DNA of 64,000 nucleotides from Clostridia bacterium (GCA_050951325.1 JBMNIW010000005.1:224001-288000), one strand, 5' to 3'. Shown: positions 18,632 through 27,665, numbered from the stretch's first letter. Program-made: numbers and translations. Notes: a model not told the origin generated them from the sequence alone.

Positions 18632-20263
18632 TTATTCAATTATGCTTTCATCCCAGGATTCGTGTTTTTCAACTCCTAATAGGAAGGCACAGGTTGCTGC
18701 AATATTGGATAAACCAAATCTTATCCTGCCATCTTTATCAAAACCTTCTTTTACTTTGTACTTGTTTCTGTTCTCTGTATTGTCATAGAAGATGCAGGGC
18801 ACAGGATTCAGAGTGTGGGCAGTTTTTGCTTTTGGTTTTCCGTTTTCATCAGTAACCAATTTGCCTTTCTTCACCTCATACATTTCATCTGCATTTCCAT
18901 GGTCAGCAGTAATTATTGCCATGCCTCCAAGCTCATCAATAACCGGAAGTATTCTTGCAAGGCACAGGTCAACAGTTTCTACAGCAATCCTTGCAGCAAG
19001 GAAGTTTCCTGTATGTCCTACCATGTCTCCATTTGCAAAGTTTACTCTGGCATACTTGTACTTGTTTGTTCTAAGTTCCTGGATGAGTTTGTCGGTAATT
19101 TCGCTTGCTTTCATCCATGGTCTTTGCTCAAAAGGAACTATGTCTGATGGAATTTCTACATATGTTTCAAGTTCATCATCGAATTTTCCGCTTCTGTTTC
19201 CATTCCAGAAGTATGTCACATGTCCAAACTTTTGGGTTTCACTTATTGCAAGCTGGGTAATTCCTTTCTTTGCAAAAAGTTCTCCCATGGTGTTCTGGAT
19301 ATGCGGAGGTTCTACCAGGAATCTTGAAGGAATGTGAAGATCGCCATCATATTCCAACATTCCAGCATAGCAAACCTTTGGAGAATATACCCTGTCAAAC
19401 TTGTCGAAGTCTGGCTCTTCAAAAGCTCTGCTAATTTCTATCGCCCTGTCGCCTCTGAAGTTGAAGAAAACAACAGAGTCATTATCCACAATCCTGCCAA
19501 CTGGTTCGCCATTTTCAGCAATGACAAATCCGGGAAGATCCTGATCAATTACATGAAGCTCCTCGCGATATGTCTTAATTGCTTCCTCGCTGCTTGAAAA
19601 CATCCTGCCTTCGCCAAGAACATGGATTTTCCAGCCTCTTTCCACCATTGCCCAATCGGCTTCATATCTGTCCATGGTGATGTTCATTCTTCCACCGCCG
19701 CTGGCAATTCTGGCATCAAAATCAGGACCATTAATCCCGCTTAGAAATTCTTCAAAAGGAATTACATATTCAAGAGCAGATGTCTCACCCACGTCACGGC
19801 CGTCCAGAAGAATGTGTACTCTTACTCTTTTAACACCATCCTGCTTTGCTCTTTTTATCATTGCTTTCAAGTGATCTATATGTGAATGAACGTTTCCGTC
19901 AGAAAAAAGGCCAATAAAATGAAGAGTCGAGTTGTGCTTCAATACATTTTCAAGTATTTCAATATAGCCTTTTCCTTTAAACATTTTACCAGTTTCAATT
20001 GACTCATTTACAAGCTTTGCACCCTGACTGTACACGCTGCCTGCACCAATTGCGTTGTGTCCAACCTCGGAATTGCCCATGTCTTCATCTGAAGGCAGGC
20101 CTACAGCAGTACCATGAGCACGCAATTGTACCATGGGATAATTTTGCATAAGTCTGTCCAGAGTTGGTGTATAGGCGTTTTTTACTGCGTTGCCTTCGAC
20201 AGTATTATTGAGGCCAATACCGTCCATTATTATTGTTACTACAGGACCTTTATATTTTATCAT
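18632..20263 (-). CDS. gpmI: 2,3-bisphosphoglycerate-independent phosphoglycerate mutase
   Basis: MGNSEVGH, SDGNVHSH, LDGRD, NFRGDR, GDMVGHTG, TADHGNA and TAHT motifs. Confidence 0.95.
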   Translation of the reverse strand: MIKYKGPVVTIIMDGIGLNNTVEGNAVKNAYTPTLDRLMQNYPMVQLRAHGTAVGLPSDEDMGNSEVGHNAIGAGSVYSQGAKLVNESIETGKMFKGKGYIEILENVLKHNSTLHFIGLFSDGNVHSHIDHLKAMIKRAKQDGVKRVRVHILLDGRDVGETSALEYVIPFEEFLSGINGPDFDARIASGGGRMNITMDRYEADWAMVERGWKIHVLGEGRMFSSSEEAIKTYREELHVIDQDLPGFVIAENGEPVGRIVDNDSVVFFNFRGDRAIEISRAFEEPDFDKFDRVYSPKVCYAGMLEYDGDLHIPSRFLVEPPHIQNTMGELFAKKGITQLAISETQKFGHVTYFWNGNRSGKFDDELETYVEIPSDIVPFEQRPWMKASEITDKLIQELRTNKYKYARVNFANGDMVGHTGNFLAARIAVETVDLCLARILPVIDELGGMAIITADHGNADEMYEVKKGKLVTDENGKPKAKTAHTLNPVPCIFYDNTENRNKYKVKEGFDKDGRIRFGLSNIAATCAFLLGVEKHESWDESIIE

Positions 20264-20365
20264 ATCTTCTCCTCCATAAAATTTATTTCAAGATATTACA
20301 TTTTTTAATGCTAAACAAATGAATTTTACTACATATATGGAATTTCATCAAGAAAATTTGGTTAA

Positions 20366-20443
20366 TTGCAAAAGTAAATGCAAAACTGAAGAAGTAAATG
20401 TAATTTGCAAAAGTAAATGCAAACGAGAAGAAGTAAATGCAAC
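20366..20443 (+). repeat. 39-bp tandem duplication containing four AAGTAAATG cores
   Basis: TTGCAAAAGTAAATGCAAAACTGAAGAAGTAAATGTAAT / TTGCAAAAGTAAATGCAAACGAGAAGAAGTAAATGCAAC; cores at 20372, 20392, 20411, 20431. Confidence 0.9.
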
Positions 20444-20641
20444 GATTTTTCTGCCCCATACAGAGAAATCGTTGCGTTTTTTGCTGGTTTAATCTATAAT
20501 TTAAAATAAAAGGTTCAGTTAGAGGATGTTTTTGGGCATGACAAACTAGCCTTGCATAATTTCTTAATTTTTACGAAGAAGTAAATGCAAAGCTTTTTGA
20601 CTCATTTTGCCCGCCAGGAGTTATCAATGTTTAGGATATGA

Positions 20642-21949
20642 TTATTTTATTAAAACTGGATGCAAGATTACATCCTTTGCTGGTATTTCAACCAGACCGA
20701 GTTTTGCGGCGATTTCATCGCCATATATTGCTTTGAAGACAGCAATTGGCGATTTATCCCCAAGTCTCGGTCTGGGGTATGAGTTTATATGATTAGTAAT
20801 CAGGTCTGTTTTTTCCCGATTAAGTCCGGAAAAAGACGACCCCTTAGACAAAATGCAACGGAAAAACTCATGGTTCCTTTCACATTTTGCCTTTTGGTTT
20901 GAGTTCATAGGATCACAGTAAAACACTCTCGACTGAGCTTCCCCTGTTTCTCTATTAATCTCAATGGTGGTTGGATCGGTGAACTCGGAGCCCCTGTCAG
21001 TGAGAATGACAGGGAACAGTTTTGAGAATTCCGAATCTGTCAGCTTTGACCTGAGTTCATCAAATATCTCCGCTACTGAGCGAGCTGTATTGGTACTGCG
21101 GTAGAAGTATAGCTGCAAATCGCAGTTTTTGAAAAGCAAGGACAGCACAACTGCCGATTCGCCCTTTCTTCCCATAACAGTATCCATTTCAACAACGTTG
21201 ACATAACCGCTTTGTTCCAGATAAGCCTGGAAATCGGAATATGTCCTGCCTTTGAAGCACTGCTTGTCCACTTTTACGGCAGGTCCGGCTTTTTTTCTTA
21301 ACCTTCTCTGGACGGTACGTGACAAATCGGTAGGTTTGGCTGACAAAAGCCCCATATGTAAGTATTTGTATACACTTCTTTCGGAAAGGTTCAAAACATC
21401 TTTTTGCTCCGTGCATATCAAGTGTATTGATTGTCCTTTTTTCAATCTTGGAGAAATGATATCGTCAATATGCTTCAAATGCTCACCGGTTACCGAAATG
21501 CCCTGTCTGGATTCCGAGAGCTTTTTCCTGTACTCTTTGTGCGCTTTTTCGGCATCATACAAGTATTTGGACAGTGGACATCTTGGTTTCTTTTCACAGC
21601 TATTGCAAACATATGGCGGAGAATCATATCTGGTACATATATCTTCCTCGAACTCACTGCAAAAATCATTACATCCACCGCAGTACTTGCAATTCTTGTG
21701 GTGTATTGCCTCGCATGAAGGCTTTTTGCATTTACCGGCGATTTTGCAGTCAAAACGCTTTTTACACGCATTTTTGGTTTGCATGGTTGAAACCTCTTTT
21801 CGACTGATGAAAACACGATGTTTTTTTACTTCTCTCATAATGGTGCTTGCCGGTCGTGACAAATCCACAGCTATTTCAGCAAACGATTTACCTTCCTTAA
21901 GCATTTTTTGAATGGTGATCCTGTCTTCCAATGTCAAATGTTTACCCAT
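20642..21949 (-). CDS. IS30-family transposase with a Cys-rich insertion
   Basis: HLTLEDRITI...STIMREVK HTH; VEMDTV / LTDRGSEF / QKAKCERNHE DDE triad; AGGAGG SD. Confidence 0.9.
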   Translation of the reverse strand: MGKHLTLEDRITIQKMLKEGKSFAEIAVDLSRPASTIMREVKKHRVFISRKEVSTMQTKNACKKRFDCKIAGKCKKPSCEAIHHKNCKYCGGCNDFCSEFEEDICTRYDSPPYVCNSCEKKPRCPLSKYLYDAEKAHKEYRKKLSESRQGISVTGEHLKHIDDIISPRLKKGQSIHLICTEQKDVLNLSERSVYKYLHMGLLSAKPTDLSRTVQRRLRKKAGPAVKVDKQCFKGRTYSDFQAYLEQSGYVNVVEMDTVMGRKGESAVVLSLLFKNCDLQLYFYRSTNTARSVAEIFDELRSKLTDSEFSKLFPVILTDRGSEFTDPTTIEINRETGEAQSRVFYCDPMNSNQKAKCERNHEFFRCILSKGSSFSGLNREKTDLITNHINSYPRPRLGDKSPIAVFKAIYGDEIAAKLGLVEIPAKDVILHPVLIK

Positions 21950-21999
21950 AAATGCCTCCTTCTACTCCTGGACAGGCAACAAGGAAATAATTGCACATA

Positions 22000-22140
22000 A
22001 TTAGGAAAAAGTAAACGCAATTTTTATGGGTACCCTCCGGTACCCATAAAGGCATTTGGTATTAGGAAAAAGTAAATGCAACTCTAGCCATAAGTTATTA
22101 GAATGTGAGTATTTGCATCTTCGGAAGAAGTAAATGCAAC
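22000..22140 (+). repeat. Three spaced GGAARAAGTAAAYGCAA repeats with unique spacers
   Basis: ATTAGGAAAAAGTAAACGCAA (22000), ATTAGGAAAAAGTAAATGCAA (22061), CGGAAGAAGTAAATGCAAC (22122); the first spacer holds a perfect 12-bp hairpin. Confidence 0.85.
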
Positions 22141-22260
22141 TGTATCTTTGCATTTAAAAATTCAAATGACCTTTAATGAATATATTTTAAATAAACCAGT
22201 TTACATTTGGCCAATGCTTGTATATAATATGAGTAAAATAATACTAGGAGGTAATGCATA

Positions 22261-22878
22261 ATGAGGAAACTTATTGTTTTTATGCTTGTTATGGTCGTAG
22301 TCCTGTCAATGACGCTAATACCCTCCTCCGCTGAGGATGATTTGGTCGTCGATTTGGGTGCTATCGGCGGTGTCGAAAATTATGGTCCCCATGGCTATCC
22401 TGACCAAAAACTGCTAATGTTTGGTTATGGAACTGTTGTAAAACTAGGTAATTTCGATTTGTCAAAATATGATGCTATGGAAATTACATATGCAACAGAC
22501 CTCGAATTCCAAGCAATGAAAGAGGGAATGAAACATGTGGCTATTCTTGGTATCAAATCAGCAGAATCTCCAATTTTCGGATATGCAAACCTGGATTTCA
22601 ATGAAGAGAACTCCCTTGGCTGGGCTCCATTGACAGATGCGGATCCAGAAGCTAATCCTGACGGAGTCAACTGGGACAAAGGCGAAAGAAAGTGTGTAAT
22701 TGACCTTTCCGAGCAGAACTACAGTGGAGATGTTTACTTGATGTGCTACAACTCTATAGGTAACGAAACCCTTGTTGTAGGAATCAAGCTCATTGCAAAA
22801 CAAGAAAACCCAGCTACTGGCGACATCGGTATTGTAGGTATGGCTATCGTTTCTACTTTTGTGCAGCTCGGAATGTGA
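22261..22878 (+). CDS. Secreted NPXTG-type surface protein, C-terminus apparently truncated by IS1634
   Basis: Signal peptide; ENPATGD followed by a short hydrophobic stretch that ends without a basic tail. Confidence 0.65.
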   Translation: MRKLIVFMLVMVVVLSMTLIPSSAEDDLVVDLGAIGGVENYGPHGYPDQKLLMFGYGTVVKLGNFDLSKYDAMEITYATDLEFQAMKEGMKHVAILGIKSAESPIFGYANLDFNEENSLGWAPLTDADPEANPDGVNWDKGERKCVIDLSEQNYSGDVYLMCYNSIGNETLVVGIKLIAKQENPATGDIGIVGMAIVSTFVQLGM

Positions 22879-23868
22879 TTCAAGTCTATCCGATAGTTTG
22901 ACACTTGCTCACATATCCGATTTTCAGAAAAGCTCATAATATGAGCTTTTTTTATATATTTTTTGTCAAATTTCCCTAGTTAGCTATTGCGTAATGTCTC
23001 GTAACGTGATATAATATCAGGTATTGGAGGTGTCATTATGGCTATTAGAGTATCAATATCTAAATCAAAAAATGCCAAGTCATACTATCTGATAGAAGAT
23101 GTTGTGAAAAATGGAAAGAGAACAACGCAGATAAGAGAAAAACTTGGCACTCATGAGGAACTGCTTAAAGAACTTAACGGACAAGATCCGTATGAATGGG
23201 CTAAGAAATACGCCGAGGAACTAAATAGAAAAGAAAAAGAAAACAAACAGGAAAAGAATATTATCGTTAAGTATTCCCCCACCAAGCAAATTATGAAGAA
23301 TAAACAGAATACATTTAATGGCGGTTACCTGTTCTTGCAGAAAATCTATTATGAACTGGGTTTGCATAAGATTTGCGATGAAATATCTGAAAAATACAAG
23401 TTTGAATATGACTTGAACTCAATACTCTCGAGACTACTATACAGTAGAATAATATACCCTTCCTCAAAACTATCTACGTATAAATTATCAAAAAGATTTT
23501 TTGAGCAGCCCAATTTTGACTTGCATCATATATACCGGGCCTTAAGTGTTTTGGCGGAAGAAAATGATTTCATACAAGCCACAATCTATGAGAACAGTAA
23601 AAAAATATGCAATAGAAATACCAAAATACTATACTACGACTGTACAAACTATTATTTTGAAATTGATTACGAGGAAGATGACAAGAGGTATGGTTATGGG
23701 AAGGATCATAAGCCAAATCCCATAGTGCAAATGGGACTGTTCATGGACGGAAGCGGCATCCCTCTTGCTTTTAGCATCAATAGAGGTAATGCCAATGAAC
23801 AAACAACAATGGTACCACTGGAAGAAAAGATACTATCTGACTTTAATCTGGCAAAATTTATTGTTTGT
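22860..23868 (+). mobile_element. IS1634-family element remnant (left part only; left boundary uncertain, ~22858-22890)
   Basis: Interrupts the sorting signal upstream; carries a hairpin, terminator, TTGCGT-17-TATAAT promoter (22987-23015) and a transposase 5' half. Confidence 0.65.
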
Positions 23869-23910
23869 AAGCTTATGTTGTATTGTAGTTTGAAGTGTAA
23901 TATAATTTAG
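23038..23910 (+). pseudogene. IS1634-family transposase, C-terminally truncated
   Basis: SRIIYPSSKL, LYYDCTNYYFE, YGYGKDHKPNPIVQMGLFMDGSGIPLAF, GNANEQ; family-like sequence stops at KFIVC, just before the expected second catalytic Asp (290 aa, about half length). Confidence 0.85.
23878..23906 (+). promoter_or_regulatory. Sigma-A promoter for the coaD-like/lemA operon
   Basis: TTGTAT-17 nt-TATAAT immediately after the IS truncation point. Confidence 0.6.
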
Positions 23911-23940
23911 TTATATTAGAAAATTTAGGAGGAATTGCGC

Positions 23941-24450
23941 ATGACTAAGAAATTTCTAGGAACAGTTTTACTACCGGGTAATTATGATCCTGTTACCAAA
24001 GGTCATATGAGTTCTCTCAGATACTTGTCCGAGAGAAGCGACAAGGTAATAGCGGTAATAATGACCCTTGAGGCAGATGAACATAAGAGATGGATTCCTT
24101 CTTCCGATATGAAGCAATTGATTGAAGAAGCAGTTAAGACAGAAGGTCTTGACAATGTGGAGGTATATATTGAAAAGGAAGGTTGGATAGCGGATACAAT
24201 CGAAAAGTTTCATGCCAATGGTGTTGCTAGAAGTTTCCATCCAAATATTTCAATAGAAAATGAACTGGAACTTATCAAAGCTGTAGTTGATTTGGATGTT
24301 CCTTTGCATCTTATTCCCAGCAAGCTTGATATTAGAGCTTCGAATATTAAATTCTTTGCTGAGGAAAATATGCTTAATGAGTTTTCAGATCAACTGCCTG
24401 AAAATGTATATAAATATATATTGAAACACAAATGTTTAAATCTTGATTAG
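23941..24450 (+). CDS. Divergent CoaD-like nucleotidyltransferase (HxGH/TxGH family)
   Basis: LLPGNYDPVTKGH N-terminus, IRASNIK (SSS-like) C-terminal motif; AGGAGG SD. Confidence 0.6.
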   Translation: MTKKFLGTVLLPGNYDPVTKGHMSSLRYLSERSDKVIAVIMTLEADEHKRWIPSSDMKQLIEEAVKTEGLDNVEVYIEKEGWIADTIEKFHANGVARSFHPNISIENELELIKAVVDLDVPLHLIPSKLDIRASNIKFFAEENMLNEFSDQLPENVYKYILKHKCLNLD

Positions 24451-24461
24451 GAGGTAATCTC

Positions 24462-25013
24462 ATGTGGCCCGCAATTATTATTTCAGGTATATTGGTTATT
24501 ATAATCATTATATTCATAAGTGTATACAACAAGCTTGTAAAGCTTAGATTGAGAGTGGAAAATCAATGGTCTCAAGTGGATGTGCGTTTGAAAGAGCGTT
24601 TTGATTTGATTCCAAATCTTGTTGAAACAGTCAAAGGATATGCATCCCATGAAAAAGAGACTTTGGAAAACGTTATTAACGCTAGAAACAGAGCTGTTAG
24701 TGCAAGAACTCCTGAAGAAGCTATCGACAGTGAAAAAGGATTCCAAGGAGCTTTGAGCAGACTGTTTGCATTAGCTGAAAGCTATCCTGATTTAAAGGCT
24801 AACACTAACTTCATGGATCTTCAGAGAAAACTCAGTGATATGGAATCTAAGATTGCAAAGTACAGACAGTTCTACAATGACAGTGTAATGAGGTACAATC
24901 AGACGAAGGCTGTTTTCCCAAATAATATTGTTGCCAATATGTTTGGATTTGAAGACAAGCAGTTCTTTACAATTGAAACAGCTGAGAAGGAAGTGCCCAA
25001 AGTATCTTTTTGA
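24462..25013 (+). CDS. lemA: LemA-family protein
   Basis: N-terminal TM, YNKLV, RFDLIPNLVETVKGYASHEKE, ESYPDLKAN, FPNNIVA. Confidence 0.93.
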   Translation: MWPAIIISGILVIIIIIFISVYNKLVKLRLRVENQWSQVDVRLKERFDLIPNLVETVKGYASHEKETLENVINARNRAVSARTPEEAIDSEKGFQGALSRLFALAESYPDLKANTNFMDLQRKLSDMESKIAKYRQFYNDSVMRYNQTKAVFPNNIVANMFGFEDKQFFTIETAEKEVPKVSF

Positions 25014-25023
25014 AGGGATAGCC

Positions 25024-26925
25024 ATGAAAATCAAACATAAATTTATTTTAATATTCCTGGTTGCAATATTGACCTTGGTGTTTGGTGTTAATGTTGAAGC
25101 CAGGGATACTCACCTTAAAAAACTTGATTTCAACATTGTACTTCATGAGAACGGTGACATGACAGTCACTGAAACATGGGATGTGTCTTTTTCTGAAAAC
25201 CAGCACAATGTAGGATTCAAGACCATTGACTTGAAAGGCCTTGCCGGGGAAATAATTGATATTAGAGTTTCTCAGGGGGCAACTGAATTTACGTATGCGG
25301 AATACGGAGAAAAAGTGCATGATCCTGACTACAAAGGACAAGTTGGTACTTTCAGTACCCATGTTTATAAAAATGAGTTATGGATTGAGTGGTATATAAA
25401 CGAGTATGATACTAATAAAACGTACACCATATCCTACAGGATAACGGATGCTGTAACGGTATACAACGACACAGCGGAGCTGTACTGGCAGTTTCTCGGT
25501 ACCAATTTTTCTATGAATATAAAAAAGGTGACGGGCAAGATAACGATTCCGCAAGGTGCAAACGAGGAGAACTTCAGAGTATGGGCTCATGGTCCTTTGA
25601 ATGGCACCATAAAAAGAGATGGTACTGACCTTTGCATATTTGAGGTAAAGAATTTCAGAGCGGGAGACATGCTTGAAGTTCGACTTGCTGTGCCTGTTGA
25701 GGTATTTCCGGATTCATCCAATACTGTAAACAAGGATTACCTTGATACAATACTTGAAGAAGAGCAGAAATATGCTGACGAAGCAAATGCAAGGCGTAAA
25801 AGACTTATGATAATAGGTATAATTGATCTGGGTGTCGGGGTACTTGCTCTTGGTTTCGGTATAGTTGTTTCAATTCTATTGAATATTAAATACAAGAGGC
25901 ATGCAGTTGTGGACGATGTTGAGTATTTCAGGGATTTACCTGATAAAACATTGACGCCCGCTCAGGCATCCCATCTGTATTTCTTTTACAATCAAGCTAA
26001 AAGAAACAGGGGTAACGTGGTAAGTGCCACAATTCTTGAACTGGCAAGACGGAAATTTATTTATTTCGAAGAAGTAGTTGAAAAGGAAAAGCCTGATCTT
26101 GGAATTTATCTAAGCCAGGATAGCCCGGAAGAGGAAATAAATGATCTTCCCCAGGATCTTAAAAGCATATATGAACTTGTAAGGGATGCATGTAAGGAAG
26201 ATGGCTATGTAACATTGAAAGGACTTGAGAAATATACCTCCAGAAACGCTTATAGAGTAAAGGGACAGATTGACACTATGGAAGCTTCATCAAAGATGGA
26301 GTTTGAAAGAAGAAATTATCTTGATTCCAAATCCGAAAGTGTAAGAAATATTGTTATGGTGGTAAGTTTCCTGGTTCTGTTTGCCGCTTTCCTAATTATG
26401 ATAATATCAAACTTCTTTGTTCTGTACGCACCAATAGGTTTAATTATTGGAAGTGTAATCTCTTTGATTTCTTCATTTGGAATACTCAGGTTGAACGAAG
26501 AAGGCGAGCAACAGTTTGTTTACTGGAATGCTTTCGGAAAATTCATAGAGGACTTTTCGATGATGAAAGAGTACGAGGTTCCAAAGCTTGTAATGTGGGA
26601 AGAGTACATGGTGTATGCGGCCATGATGGGTAAGGCTGAAAAGGCTGCAAAGCAAATTCGCACCGTATACAAGGAGCTCCAGGATCCTCAATACTACAAC
26701 ACTCACCGGTCAAGCAGCTACTTGTACTACTTCATGTATTTGAATTCTACAAGAGGTGCAAGTTTCAATACATTTGGCAGCGTAGCCAAAACCTTTGACA
26801 ACATAAACAATTCTGCTACACGACTGTCACAAAGCAAAAACGTGTCCTCTGGAAGAGGGTTCGGAGGAGGTTTCAGCGGTGGTGGCGGAGGTGGCGCCGG
26901 TAGAGGAGGCGGCGGGTTCCGATAA
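25024..26925 (+). CDS. DUF2207-family membrane protein
   Basis: Signal peptide, ELYWQF, VWAHGPLNG, WEEYMVYA, Gly-rich tail GGGFSGGGGGG; typical lemA partner. Confidence 0.85.
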   Translation: MKIKHKFILIFLVAILTLVFGVNVEARDTHLKKLDFNIVLHENGDMTVTETWDVSFSENQHNVGFKTIDLKGLAGEIIDIRVSQGATEFTYAEYGEKVHDPDYKGQVGTFSTHVYKNELWIEWYINEYDTNKTYTISYRITDAVTVYNDTAELYWQFLGTNFSMNIKKVTGKITIPQGANEENFRVWAHGPLNGTIKRDGTDLCIFEVKNFRAGDMLEVRLAVPVEVFPDSSNTVNKDYLDTILEEEQKYADEANARRKRLMIIGIIDLGVGVLALGFGIVVSILLNIKYKRHAVVDDVEYFRDLPDKTLTPAQASHLYFFYNQAKRNRGNVVSATILELARRKFIYFEEVVEKEKPDLGIYLSQDSPEEEINDLPQDLKSIYELVRDACKEDGYVTLKGLEKYTSRNAYRVKGQIDTMEASSKMEFERRNYLDSKSESVRNIVMVVSFLVLFAAFLIMIISNFFVLYAPIGLIIGSVISLISSFGILRLNEEGEQQFVYWNAFGKFIEDFSMMKEYEVPKLVMWEEYMVYAAMMGKAEKAAKQIRTVYKELQDPQYYNTHRSSSYLYYFMYLNSTRGASFNTFGSVAKTFDNINNSATRLSQSKNVSSGRGFGGGFSGGGGGGAGRGGGGFR

Positions 26926-26942
26926 AATTTAAAAAATGTATG

Positions 26943-26971
26943 TTGACAAAACATGTATTTTTGTATACAAT
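26943..26971 (+). promoter_or_regulatory. Sigma-A promoter overlapped by a TTGTATACAA palindrome (candidate GntR/FadR operator)
   Basis: TTGACA-17-TACAAT; perfect palindrome at 26961-26970. Confidence 0.7.
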
Positions 26972-26996
26972 CTCTCCAATAATTTTATAGGAGGGA

Positions 26997-27665
26997 TTGT
27001 TTTTGTTCTCAGATAGTTTGGAAAACGACAATTCATTAAGAAACAAAGTTTACATGACGATAAAGAAAAGAATACTGAATGGTGAATATCCTCCTGAGTT
27101 TTCACTTATAGAGCTTAAATTGTCCGAAGAGTTTGGCGTAAGCAGAACTCCTGTAAGGGAAGCTCTTCGACAACTTGAGTTGGATGGACTTGTACATCTG
27201 GTCCCAAACAAGGGTGTTTATGTTTCTGAAATTACAAGTAAAGATATAAGCGATGTATATGAGATGAGAATGCTCATAGAAGGGCTTGGTTCCAAGTGGG
27301 CAGCTCTTAATGCAACAGAAGCGGAACTTGAAAAGATGAAGGAAATACTTGATTTGTGTGAGTTTTATACAATGAAAGGCGAGTATTTGAAGGTACTTGA
27401 GTTGGACGGAAAGTTTCATGATATTATTTTCAAGGCAAGCAAGAGCAAGCCTTTGAATCTCATACTCAAACAACTGCACGAGTATATACAAAGAGCTAGA
27501 AAAGCATCCTTGTCATCACCTGGAAGGGCGGAAGCGGCTTTTCAGGAACATAAAGCAATTTATGATGCCATAAAGAACAGGGATGGGGAAAGCGCTGAAA
27601 CTCTTACAAGAGAGCATATATTAAAAGCAAAGGAAAGCTTGCTTAAAACATTTAATAATAAATAG
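26997..27665 (+). CDS. GntR-family (FCD) regulator
   Basis: LSEEFGVSRTPVREALRQLE wHTH; FHDII...EHKAI...H FCD residues. Confidence 0.92.
   Translation: MFLFSDSLENDNSLRNKVYMTIKKRILNGEYPPEFSLIELKLSEEFGVSRTPVREALRQLELDGLVHLVPNKGVYVSEITSKDISDVYEMRMLIEGLGSKWAALNATEAELEKMKEILDLCEFYTMKGEYLKVLELDGKFHDIIFKASKSKPLNLILKQLHEYIQRARKASLSSPGRAEAAFQEHKAIYDAIKNRDGESAETLTREHILKAKESLLKTFNNK

Larger units (their letters stand above)
20366..22152 (-). mobile_element. IS30-family element with direct-repeat arrays on both flanks (boundaries inferred)
   Basis: DDE transposase plus shared repeat cores on both sides; no target-site duplication identified. Confidence 0.6.

Noticed and set aside
21252-21911. 219-aa antisense ORF inside the IS30 transposase
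   Set aside because: Shadow of the coding strand; no RBS or recognisable motif.
20366-22140. Calling the IS30-flanking repeats a CRISPR array
   Set aside because: The repeat core is short and degenerate, spacing is irregular (19-20 bp versus ~60 bp), there are few units and no cas genes.
7630-24000. A single integrative island anchored at tRNA-Leu
   Set aside because: No integrase and no duplicated tRNA 3' end seen, and housekeeping gpmI lies within the stretch.
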